From assembly GCA_903820655.1 (NCBI GenBank), contig CAIJIA010000032.1:1-24965 (forward strand): 24,965 bases of DNA. Direction: 5' to 3'. Under the pieces are notes generated by a model. It was not told where the DNA came from. It did not search any database and saw only the letters and a list, made by a program, of their open reading frames with translations. Source of the DNA: an uncultured Chloroflexota bacterium. Its GTDB lineage: Bacteria > Chloroflexota > Limnocylindria > Limnocylindrales > Limnocylindraceae. Shown here one piece after another: positions 1 through 7,558 of the stretch (its first letter is position 1; each line of letters begins with the position of its first letter). The position numbers and the translations under genes are program-made.

Positions 1-777
1 CGCCCAATCCGCGGCGGCGGCATCGGCGTGATCTTTCAGGAGCCGCTCTCGGCGCTCAACCCGGTAACGACCATTGGCGAGCAGATCGCCGAGGTGATCG
101 TTGCCCACCGCAAGCTGAGCTGGAAAGAGGCCCACAAGTTGGCGATCGGCTATCTCGAGCAAGTCGAGATCTCGCAGCCGGATCAGCGCGCCAAGCAGTA
201 CCCACACCAGCTCTCGGGCGGAATGCGTCAGCGCGCCATGATCGCCATGGCGCTCTCAGGCGAGCCTTCCATGATCATCGCCGACGAGCCAACCACCGCC
301 CTCGACGTCACCATTCAGGCGCAGGTCCTTGACCTGCTGCGCCGCACCACCACCGAGCGTGGTGCCGCACTTCTGCTCATCACCCACGACCTTGGTGTCG
401 TCGCCGAGACGGCCGATCGCATCGCCGTCATGTACGCCGGCCAGATCGTTGAGACGGGCAAGGCCGCCAACGTGCTGCGCGAGCCGGCGAGCCCCTACAC
501 CCGTGACCTCGTGACCTCCATCCCTTCGTTCGCGGCGCGCGGTAAGAAGCTCAACACCATCACCGGCATGGTCCCGTCGCCGGATGCCTTCCCGGCGGGT
601 TGCCGCTTCGCCCCACGCTGCCGCTACGCCATTACCGCCTGCACCACCGCGGTGCCACCACTTGAGCCACTCAAGGATGGACGCCTCGTTCGCTGCATTC
701 GCACCAAGGAGGTGCTCGATGGCACCGCCGCGGGAAAGCGCACATCGCCAGCAACCAAGAAGGGGGCGACACGATGA
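1..777 (+). CDS. oppD: Oligopeptide/dipeptide ABC transporter ATP-binding subunit (OppD/DppD type), 5'-truncated
   Basis: Frame +1 is open from base 1 (RPIRGGGIGVIFQEP). Q-loop IFQEP, signature LSGGMRQR, Walker B IIADEPTTALD, H-loop LITHDLG, and C-terminal Cys-containing oligo_HPY-type region (GCRFAPRC..AC..VRC). Confidence 0.93.
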   Translation, partial: RPIRGGGIGVIFQEPLSALNPVTTIGEQIAEVIVAHRKLSWKEAHKLAIGYLEQVEISQPDQRAKQYPHQLSGGMRQRAMIAMALSGEPSMIIADEPTTALDVTIQAQVLDLLRRTTTERGAALLLITHDLGVVAETADRIAVMYAGQIVETGKAANVLREPASPYTRDLVTSIPSFAARGKKLNTITGMVPSPDAFPAGCRFAPRCRYAITACTTAVPPLEPLKDGRLVRCIRTKEVLDGTAAGKRTSPATKKGATR

Positions 778-1895
778 GTGGCAAGGCTGCAGAGAAGCGC
801 GAACTCCTGAAGCTCGTTGGCGTAAAGCGCCATTTCCAGGTGCGCGGCGGCATCCCACTGATCCGAAAGCCGCTCGCCGTTCGCGCCGTCGACGGTGTGG
901 ACCTCACCGTGAATCGCGGCGAAACGCTCAGCCTCGTCGGCGAGTCGGGCTCCGGCAAGACCACGCTCGGCCGCGTGGCCCTCGGCCTGCAGCCAACCAC
1001 CGCCGGCTCCGTCACCTTCGACGGGCGTGAGATCAAGAAGCTCTCCGCCACTGAGCGTCGCGCGCTGCGCAAGCGCATGCAGATCGTCTTCCAGGATCCG
1101 TTCGGATCGCTGAACCCGCGCCTCCCGATCGGCGACCAGATCGAAGAGGGGCTCCTCGCCCACAAGCTTGGCGACCATGCCGCCCGCGAGAAGCGTGTGC
1201 GCGAGGTGCTCGACCTTGTTGGCCTCGATCCAAACTATGCGTCGCGCTATCCACATGAGTTCTCGGGTGGCCAGCGACAGCGCGTCGGCATCGCTCGCGC
1301 CTTGGCGGTGAACCCGGAATTCATCGTGCTCGACGAGCCGGTCTCAGCGCTCGACGTTTCGATTCAGAGCCAGGTGTTGAACCTACTCACCGATCTGCGC
1401 AACGAGAAGGGGCTCACCTACCTCTTCATCAGCCACAACCTCGACGTTGTCGGCTACTTCTCGGATCGCGTCGCCGTGATGTACCTCGGCACGGTCGTTG
1501 AAATCGGGCCGGTTGAACGCGTCTTCACCAAGCCGCAGCACCCGTACACCGTGGCCCTGATCTCGGCGGTGCCGAAGGTTGAGGAGCACGACACCAAGGA
1601 CCGACTGATCCTTGAAGGCGAGATCCCATCGCCGATCTCGCCACCGTCGGGCTGCCGTTTCCGCACGCGCTGCTGGCTAAGTGAGCAGCTCGGCAACCCC
1701 GAGAAGTGTTCAACCGAAGAGCCGAAGCTCGTCGCCACGCCACGCGATGTGACCGTGAATGTCGCCTGCCACTTCCCGCTCGCCGATGGCGCTGCGGCCA
1801 CCACGGCCGCCGGGCGTCATGAGATTGCGCTCGCCGTAAAGGCCACAACGAAGGCGGCTACCAAGAGCGCTCCAAAGGCGAAGCGGAAGGCTTAG
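774..1895 (+). CDS. oppF: Oligopeptide/dipeptide ABC transporter ATP-binding subunit (OppF/DppF type)
   Basis: Walker A GESGSGKT, FQDP, FSGGQRQR, VLDEPVSALD, ISHNL, HPYT, GCRFRTRC. ATGA overlap with the upstream ATPase. Confidence 0.93.
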   Translation: MSGKAAEKRELLKLVGVKRHFQVRGGIPLIRKPLAVRAVDGVDLTVNRGETLSLVGESGSGKTTLGRVALGLQPTTAGSVTFDGREIKKLSATERRALRKRMQIVFQDPFGSLNPRLPIGDQIEEGLLAHKLGDHAAREKRVREVLDLVGLDPNYASRYPHEFSGGQRQRVGIARALAVNPEFIVLDEPVSALDVSIQSQVLNLLTDLRNEKGLTYLFISHNLDVVGYFSDRVAVMYLGTVVEIGPVERVFTKPQHPYTVALISAVPKVEEHDTKDRLILEGEIPSPISPPSGCRFRTRCWLSEQLGNPEKCSTEEPKLVATPRDVTVNVACHFPLADGAAATTAAGRHEIALAVKATTKAATKSAPKAKRKA

Positions 1896-3427
1896 TCCTC
1901 GCGGCGGCCCGCGCCGCTCTCCCCCGTCGCCGACGAAAGTGCCCCATATCGCTGCAGCAACTCCCGCGCCCGACTCTGCGCGCGTGCATCGGGTTCAACT
2001 CGTTGTGCCGGTGCCGCAACGGCGAGTGACGCTTCACGAAGGTTGGCAAAGGTGCCAGATGCGACGCCGGCAAGTGCGGCCGCCCCTGCAGCGGATGCCT
2101 CAGGATTTTTGCCAACCACCACGGGCACACCGAAGAGATCAGCGCGGAGCTGAGTCAACGCCGCAGGTACAGGCTCACCACCTGAGAGAGGTCCAGGTGC
2201 AGCGCCGGTTGCTGGACCCGAGAGGCGCATCTCGTTGATCTGCAGTCCGGCTTCGATCGCAGGTGCGAGTAGGTGCGCGACGGCAAGTGCGCCCCCCTCA
2301 ATCGCTGCGCGTACGAGGTGCGCTGCGCTGTGCTGATCCGTTCGTCCAACGAAGGCATCATCGACGGAGCGAGGGCTGCTCCAGCCAAGATTGGAGATCG
2401 GTTTTGCCATGAGGCCATTGGCGCCGAGGGGCAACGCGGCGGCGGCCAAGAAGAGTTCGGCGCGGCGCGCGGGCGCCGCCGCCGGATCGCTCGCGAGCAG
2501 TTCGGTAACGACCCACTCAAGGAGTCGCCCAGTACCTGCGAACGCGCCGCCAAGGATCACCCCGTCGCCGAACGGTGCTGGAGCCGGTCCTGCCCAGAGG
2601 TGACCAGGGAGTGCAGCGGTGATGCGTGCTGCCTCCACGGGAGTTGCCGCAACGGCGACGCCGCCCGCGGTGCCACCCACATCGACGCCGAGCCATGGAT
2701 CGGTGAGGCCCGCGCCAACAACGGCTGCGAGCCCGTCGTTCATCCCCGCAGCAATTGGGATGCCAGCAGGGAGTCCGAGATCTGCGGCTGGGCCAGGGAG
2801 CAGGGTGCCGATTCTGGTACCAGGAAACACTTCGGGAGGGAGTGCGCGCTCATCAAGCCCCGCGGCGAGTAGCGCGCTGCGCTGGGCGGGCGAGACACTG
2901 CGCGCCGGATCCCAGAAGGCGCTGACCGCCTCACCTGAGAGTCGCAATGCGAGCGCATCCCACGACGAGAGGAGCCATGCTGCTGCGGCGGCGACTACTG
3001 GTCGCTCGCGGATGAGCCAGCGCGCCTTCGGCAGTTCGCCGAGAAGCCATCCGCCACGTCCAAGAATCTTTACGAGTGCGGCCTCGTCACCGGCGGAACG
3101 TCGGTCGCGCCACATGAGTGCCGGGCCAGCGGCGCTCCCATCGGCGTGTACGGGGGTGAGCGATGGTCCGTGGCCATCGACACCGATTCCACGCACCTCG
3201 ATTGCCTCAGCGCTTTGAGCCGCCGCCAGCGCCATCACCTCATGGGTGGCGGCGCAGATCGCCTCCCACCACGTGTCGGCATCCTGCTCGCGCGCATCTG
3301 CCCCGCCACTCGTCGCGCGACGTGAAATCGCGATCGGCACGCCGGTATCCGCGTTGATCAGGAGTGCTTTGACCGAGGTGCTCCCCAGATCGAAGGCGAG
3401 GAGCGCGGCACGAACGGGTCGACGCAT
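1892..3427 (-). CDS. FGGY-family carbohydrate kinase, divergent xylulokinase-like; substrate unknown
   Basis: AFDLGSTSVKA, EQDADTWW, GIGVDGHG, MWRDRR, GMNDG, LVRAAIEG, QLRAD, EASAAGAA match the FGGY N and C domains. Confidence 0.85.
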   Translation of the reverse strand: MRRPVRAALLAFDLGSTSVKALLINADTGVPIAISRRATSGGADAREQDADTWWEAICAATHEVMALAAAQSAEAIEVRGIGVDGHGPSLTPVHADGSAAGPALMWRDRRSAGDEAALVKILGRGGWLLGELPKARWLIRERPVVAAAAAWLLSSWDALALRLSGEAVSAFWDPARSVSPAQRSALLAAGLDERALPPEVFPGTRIGTLLPGPAADLGLPAGIPIAAGMNDGLAAVVGAGLTDPWLGVDVGGTAGGVAVAATPVEAARITAALPGHLWAGPAPAPFGDGVILGGAFAGTGRLLEWVVTELLASDPAAAPARRAELFLAAAALPLGANGLMAKPISNLGWSSPRSVDDAFVGRTDQHSAAHLVRAAIEGGALAVAHLLAPAIEAGLQINEMRLSGPATGAAPGPLSGGEPVPAALTQLRADLFGVPVVVGKNPEASAAGAAALAGVASGTFANLREASLAVAAPAQRVEPDARAQSRARELLQRYGALSSATGESGAGRRED

Positions 3428-3446
3428 CAGGTGCGTCGCCGTTAGA

Positions 3447-4133
3447 TCAGCGTGGACCGTCGCTCCGGCCGTGGTTCACGTACCACCATGCCGAAGGGAA
3501 GACCGCAGCCGCCAGTGCGAGCTTGATCGCGTCGCCGAGCAGGAATGGGGCGACCCCCTTCTCAATGGCAACGCCGATCTCAAGATGCGCAGAGGCGGCC
3601 AACCACGGCACGCCGAAGCTGTAAATGATCAGACTGCCGATCGCCATCGCGCCGATGGTGCCGATCACGCTGCGATCCCAGCCGAGGTCGGCGAGTCGCC
3701 CAACGATCCATCCGGCGAAAAGCATGCCAACGAGGTAGCCGCCGGTTGGCGCGAACTGCAGGAGACCGGCATCACCAGAGATGAAGAACTTCTCAATGCC
3801 GTGGCTCCCCTCGCGGAAGATCGGGGCACCAAGGATGCCAAGCGCGAGATAGAGCGCCATCGACGCGAGGCCGCGGCGCGCGCCGAGGGCTGCGCCAACA
3901 AGGAGGACGCCAAAGGTCTGCCCAGTGATCGGCACGGGGGTGCCAGGCAGTGGAATCACGATCTGGGCGGAGGCGGCCACGATCGCGGCGCCAACGACGG
4001 CCAACGCTAGGCCTTGAAGTCGGGCACCAAGGCGCTCGCCGAGGAACACGGGGAAGAAGAAGTCACCCAGCGTTACGCCGTACTCGGCGGCGGGGATGCG
4101 GCCCATGGCGGGCATTGCGCGTCGAATTTGCAT
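3447..4133 (-). CDS. bioY: BioY biotin transporter (ECF S-component)
   Basis: PVPITGQTFGVLLVGAALG, LGAPIF, PTGGYLVG, PFLLGDAIK. Start moved to the ATG at 4133, which follows an SD-like GGAGGGTG; the ORF track starts at 4157. Confidence 0.92.
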   Translation of the reverse strand: MQIRRAMPAMGRIPAAEYGVTLGDFFFPVFLGERLGARLQGLALAVVGAAIVAASAQIVIPLPGTPVPITGQTFGVLLVGAALGARRGLASMALYLALGILGAPIFREGSHGIEKFFISGDAGLLQFAPTGGYLVGMLFAGWIVGRLADLGWDRSVIGTIGAMAIGSLIIYSFGVPWLAASAHLEIGVAIEKGVAPFLLGDAIKLALAAAVFPSAWWYVNHGRSDGPR

Positions 4134-4181
4134 GTTCACCCTCCCTACGGGCGCCACCCTTGTGGGAAGGCACCGACCCCC

Positions 4182-4220
4182 AGTCTACCCTGCGCCACCC
4201 CCCTCCCCGCAGGGTAAGAT
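4182..4220. promoter_or_regulatory. Back-to-back promoters of bioY and tRNA-His inside a perfect 9-13-9 inverted repeat
   Basis: -10-like TAGACT on the minus strand (4187-4182) and TAAGAT on the plus strand (4215-4220). TACCCTGCG (4186-4194) and CGCAGGGTA (4208-4216) are perfect reverse complements. Confidence 0.6.
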
Positions 4221-4232
4221 GGCGGCTGACTT

Positions 4233-4308
4233 GGTGGCCATCGTTCAATGGTTAGGACCGTGGTTTGTGGAGCCGCAGATGAGGGTTCAATTCCCTCTGG
4301 CCACCCCA
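4233..4308 (+). tRNA. tRNA-His (GUG), with encoded G-1, C73 and CCA
   Basis: Acceptor stem GTGGCCA/TGGCCAC, D arm GTTC..GGAC, anticodon loop TT-GTG-GA (4265-4271), T arm GAGGG-TTCAATT-CCCTC, then C-CCA. The G at 4233 opposite C73 is the His identity element. Confidence 0.97.
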
Positions 4309-4329
4309 CCCATTTTTGAGGAGCGCCCC

Positions 4330-5622
4330 ATGCCCACAGCCGCACCTCGTCGCAGCCTCATTCGCGACCCGGGCTTCCTTCGTCTCTGGACTGCCGAAAC
4401 GATCAGCCACTTTGGCTCCAGCTTTAGCAACCTGGCGATGCCGATTGTTGCCATCCAACTCCTGAACGCGGGCCCGATGGAGATTGCGCTGATCAATCTC
4501 GCCGACTTCCTTCCCTTCTTGGTATTGGGGCTCCTCATTGGGGCACTCGTCGATCGCCTGCCACGCCGCGGAGTGCTCATCGTTGGCGACCTCGGCCGGG
4601 CACTTCTCCTGCTGACCCTCCCGATCTCGTATGCGCTCGGCGTTCTCTCAATTCCACAGTTGGTTGTTGTTGGCCTCTTGCTCGGCACCCTCACGGTCTT
4701 CTTCGATGTTGCCTACCAGTCCTATCTGCCATCACTCATTCCAAAAGAGGATCTTGTTGAGGGGAACTCGAAACTTGAGGTCAGCCGCTCTGCAGCCGGG
4801 CTCCTCGGACCGAGCCTCGCCGGCGCGCTCATTGCCATCGTCAAAGCACCAGCGGCGGTGGTGATTGACGCCATCTCGTACCTCCTCTCTGCCCTCTTCA
4901 TCTTCTCCATCAAGCCGCAGCACGAATCCGTTGCCGAACTGAACGACGCCGCGGCACCAGATGCAAGTAAGCCGCGCGCCTCGCTGCGATCTGACATCGC
5001 CGCTGGACTGCGCTACGTCTTTGGTCACCCTGCCCTGCGCACGATCGGCGGTGCGACCGCAACCTCGAACCTGTTTGGCAGCATTGCCGGAACCGTCGAG
5101 ATGCTCTTCGCCTATAAGGTGCTCGGGCTCTCCGTAGCATTTGTCGGATTTGCGGCGACGCTTGGCTCCGCTGGTGGGCTCATTAGCGCCCTCTTCGCCG
5201 ACAGAATCTCAAAGCGCCTTGGCGTCGGCCGTACGATCGTCTTGACCATCCCGCTGGGCGGACCGCTGATGGCGGTGCTCGCCTTCTGCCAGCCAGGGAA
5301 CGACCTGGTGAACACGCTCGTCATTGGCGGCGGCTTCTTTGCGATGGCTGCATCGGGCACGCTCTACAACATCAACCAGGTCAGCCTGCGCCAGGCCCTC
5401 TGCCCACCCGAGATGGCCGGACGCATGAACGCCACGATGCGTTGGTTTGTATGGGGCACCATCCCCATCGGCGCGCTGCTCGGCGGGATCATCGGCACGA
5501 ACCTTGGGCTGCGTGAGGCGCTCATCATCGGCGGCATCGGTGGCAGCTTCGCCTTCGTTCCCCTCCTCTTTGGGCCGGTCTGGAAGATCAAGGAGATGCC
5601 GACGGGGGTCGCCCAGAAGTAG
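4330..5622 (+). CDS. MFS transporter (DHA3/MFS_3-like efflux group)
   Basis: About 12 hydrophobic segments; LWTAETISHFG, motif-A-like GALVDRLPRR, YQSYLPSL, ADRISKRLG, GRMNAT. Start at ATG 4330 with GAGGAG SD; the ORF-track extension to 4096 runs through the tRNA and is spurious. Confidence 0.9.
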   Translation: MPTAAPRRSLIRDPGFLRLWTAETISHFGSSFSNLAMPIVAIQLLNAGPMEIALINLADFLPFLVLGLLIGALVDRLPRRGVLIVGDLGRALLLLTLPISYALGVLSIPQLVVVGLLLGTLTVFFDVAYQSYLPSLIPKEDLVEGNSKLEVSRSAAGLLGPSLAGALIAIVKAPAAVVIDAISYLLSALFIFSIKPQHESVAELNDAAAPDASKPRASLRSDIAAGLRYVFGHPALRTIGGATATSNLFGSIAGTVEMLFAYKVLGLSVAFVGFAATLGSAGGLISALFADRISKRLGVGRTIVLTIPLGGPLMAVLAFCQPGNDLVNTLVIGGGFFAMAASGTLYNINQVSLRQALCPPEMAGRMNATMRWFVWGTIPIGALLGGIIGTNLGLREALIIGGIGGSFAFVPLLFGPVWKIKEMPTGVAQK

Positions 5623-5652
5623 CGTCGCCCTCGGCCGCTGACCCCTGCGCGC

Positions 5653-5661
5653 TGATAGACT
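5653..5661 (+). promoter_or_regulatory. Extended -10 promoter (TGaTAGACT) of the sugar ABC ATPase
   Basis: TGnTAnnnT match in a 92-bp intergenic gap, upstream of a strong SD (GAGGAGG) and ATG 5715. Confidence 0.55.
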
Positions 5662-5714
5662 CGCGGCGCGGCGGGATGCCCCCATAGAGGGGCCAGCCAG
5701 CGAGGAGGGTAGTT

Positions 5715-6788
5715 ATGGCCACAGTGTCGTTCCAGGGCGTCTCCAAGAAGTACGGCGAGGTCCTCGCCGTCGAAAACCTCTCCCTTGAGATCAACGATGG
5801 CGAGTTCATGGTGCTCGTGGGCCCCTCGGGCTGCGGCAAGACCACCTCGCTACGCATGATCGCCGGGCTCGAGGACATCACCGACGGCAGCCTGCTGATT
5901 GGCGACAAGGTCGTTAACGACATCGCGCCAAAGGACCGCGACATCGCCATGGTCTTCCAGAGCTACGCCCTCTACCCGCACATGACCGTGCGAGACAACC
6001 TCGCCTTCGGCCTGAAGTTGCGCAAGATTGAGAAGGGCGAGATTGAGCGCCGCGTCAACGAGGCGGCGGCCATCCTCGACCTCACCAAGCTCCTCTCGCG
6101 CAAGCCGAAGGAGCTTTCCGGTGGCCAGCGCCAGCGCGTCGCCCTCGGGCGCGCAATCGTCCGCGAGCCAGCCGTCTTCCTGATGGACGAGCCGCTCTCC
6201 AACCTTGACGCACAGCTGCGCGTGCAGACGCGCGCCGAGATCTTGCGCCTACATGCGCGCCTCAAGACCACCGTCGTCTATGTGACGCACGACCAGGTTG
6301 AGGCGATGACGATGGGGACGCGCATCGCCGTGATGAGCGACGGAAGGTTGCAACAGGTCGGCACGCCACAGGAGCTCTACGACCTACCAGTAAATCGTTT
6401 CGTCGCCGGCTTCATTGGCTCACCAGCCATGAACCTGCTGGAGGCGACTGTTGACGGTCGCCATGTGAAGGCGGGGGACATTGCGATCGAAATCAGCGAT
6501 GCGCGCGCAAAAGCGCTTGAGGGGCGCACCAGCGTCACGATCGGCTTCCGACCGGAGCATCTTGAGTTCGGCAAGGCGGAGAAGGGTTCAGCGCAGATTG
6601 AGCTGACCGCTGACGTTGTTGAATATCTCGGTGCCCAGGAGTTGCTCCACTTCTCCACGAAGAGTGGTGACGTGCTTGCCCTTGTTGGCTCAGAGCACAA
6701 GACGCCGCGCGGCACCAAGGTGCAGCTCGGACTCTCTCTCGAGAAGTTGCACCTCTTTGATTCAGTTACCGGCGCCGCAATCCGCTAA
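5715..6788 (+). CDS. Sugar ABC transporter ATP-binding protein (MalK/MsmX/MsiK/UgpC type), stand-alone
   Basis: GPSGCGKT, VFQSYALYPHM, LSGGQRQRVALGRA, LMDEPLSNLDA, YVTHDQVEAM, FIGSPAMN, and a C-terminal TOBE-like region. Confidence 0.95.
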   Translation: MATVSFQGVSKKYGEVLAVENLSLEINDGEFMVLVGPSGCGKTTSLRMIAGLEDITDGSLLIGDKVVNDIAPKDRDIAMVFQSYALYPHMTVRDNLAFGLKLRKIEKGEIERRVNEAAAILDLTKLLSRKPKELSGGQRQRVALGRAIVREPAVFLMDEPLSNLDAQLRVQTRAEILRLHARLKTTVVYVTHDQVEAMTMGTRIAVMSDGRLQQVGTPQELYDLPVNRFVAGFIGSPAMNLLEATVDGRHVKAGDIAIEISDARAKALEGRTSVTIGFRPEHLEFGKAEKGSAQIELTADVVEYLGAQELLHFSTKSGDVLALVGSEHKTPRGTKVQLGLSLEKLHLFDSVTGAAIR

Positions 6789-6802
6789 GCAGGCACATCG
6801 AC

Positions 6803-7438
6803 ATGCGGTTCGGTGATGATGCTCTCGGTGCACGCCTTGACGCGCTGCTAGAGCCGGGCGACCTCAACGAGGTCGTTGTCGCTTCGGACCTGGTGGTGCA
6901 GGCGGCGTACATGGAGTGGCGTCGCTCAACCGTAGAGCGCATCAACGGCGAGCGGCACGTTCGCTACATCGTTGGCCACCCAGGCGCTGTGGCCATCCTC
7001 GCCATTGACGCGCCGAGCGAAGCGGCCGTGACGCCGGTGAGCGAGCTGCTCTTCGTTCGCCAGTTTCGCGCCCCAGTGGGGCAGCTCCTCCTTGAGGTGC
7101 CGGCTGGAACGCTTGACCTGCATGACGGTGTCAGAGAGGAGCCACAGCTCGCCGCCGAGCGCGAACTTGAAGAGGAGACTGGCCTTCGAGCAGCGACCTG
7201 GCGGCACCTTCGGAGCTTCTTCACCGCCCCAGGGTTCACGAGTGAGCGCATGGAGCTCTACCTCGCGCTGGGCCTCTCGGAGGCTGGCCCGGGCGCCCGC
7301 ACCCCCGACGAAGATGAAGCGATCGAGGCGGTCCGGCTGACCATTGCGGAGGCGGCCGAGGCGGTCCGTCGAGGGGCCATCGTGGACGCCAAGAGCCTGG
7401 TGGCAATCGCCGCGGCGGAGCGTCTCGCCACCCGCTAG
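6803..7438 (+). CDS. Nudix hydrolase, ADP-ribose/ADP-sugar pyrophosphatase (NudF-like)
   Basis: HPGAV, RQFRAP, Nudix box PAGTLD..EEPQLAAERELEEETG, SFFTAPGF, DEDE. Confidence 0.85.
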   Translation: MRFGDDALGARLDALLEPGDLNEVVVASDLVVQAAYMEWRRSTVERINGERHVRYIVGHPGAVAILAIDAPSEAAVTPVSELLFVRQFRAPVGQLLLEVPAGTLDLHDGVREEPQLAAERELEEETGLRAATWRHLRSFFTAPGFTSERMELYLALGLSEAGPGARTPDEDEAIEAVRLTIAEAAEAVRRGAIVDAKSLVAIAAAERLATR

Positions 7439-7472
7439 CCCCCGCACGGCTCGTGCGTAAATCCCTCGTGTG

Positions 7473-7548
7473 CTGCGATATCCGCACCCCCACCCGCCCT
7501 ACGGTGCTAGAATCGTACCCACAGCGGTCCGCACTGCGGAATCCGCAG
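7473..7548 (+). promoter_or_regulatory. Extended -10 promoter (TGcTAGAAT, 7505-7513) flanked by two related 15-bp palindromes
   Basis: CTGCGATATCCGCAC (7473-7487) and CTGCGGAATCCGCAG (7534-7548) are 12/15 identical; the second is a perfect 7-1-7 palindrome. Confidence 0.6.
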
Positions 7549-7558
7549 AGAAGGATGT

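Noticed and set aside
580-1760. Four-Cys clusters in the OppD and OppF C-termini
   Set aside because: This is a known feature of oligo_HPY domains ([4Fe-4S] binding in several OppD/DppD proteins), so it is not novel.
4134-4232. Canonical BirA, BioR or BioQ operator upstream of bioY
   Set aside because: No match to those consensus motifs as I recall them. The different inverted repeat is reported as a finding.
4280-4320. tRNA-His as an integration site for an island or prophage
   Set aside because: No integrase, no obvious compositional break, and I saw no duplicate of the tRNA 3' end in the window (checked by eye only).
4096-4329. 78-aa N-terminal extension of the MFS ORF
   Set aside because: It runs through the bioY start, the promoters and the tRNA. 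ATG 4330 has a proper SD.
7095-7190. Extra residues in the Nudix box (GTLDLHDGVREE)
   Set aside because: Short insertions in this loop are common in ADP-ribose pyrophosphatases, and the catalytic RExxEE is intact.
7443-7457. Hairpin CGCACG-GCT-CGTGCG after the Nudix gene as an intrinsic terminator
   Set aside because: It has a 6-bp stem but no U-tract. It may be a pause site, but is too weak to call.
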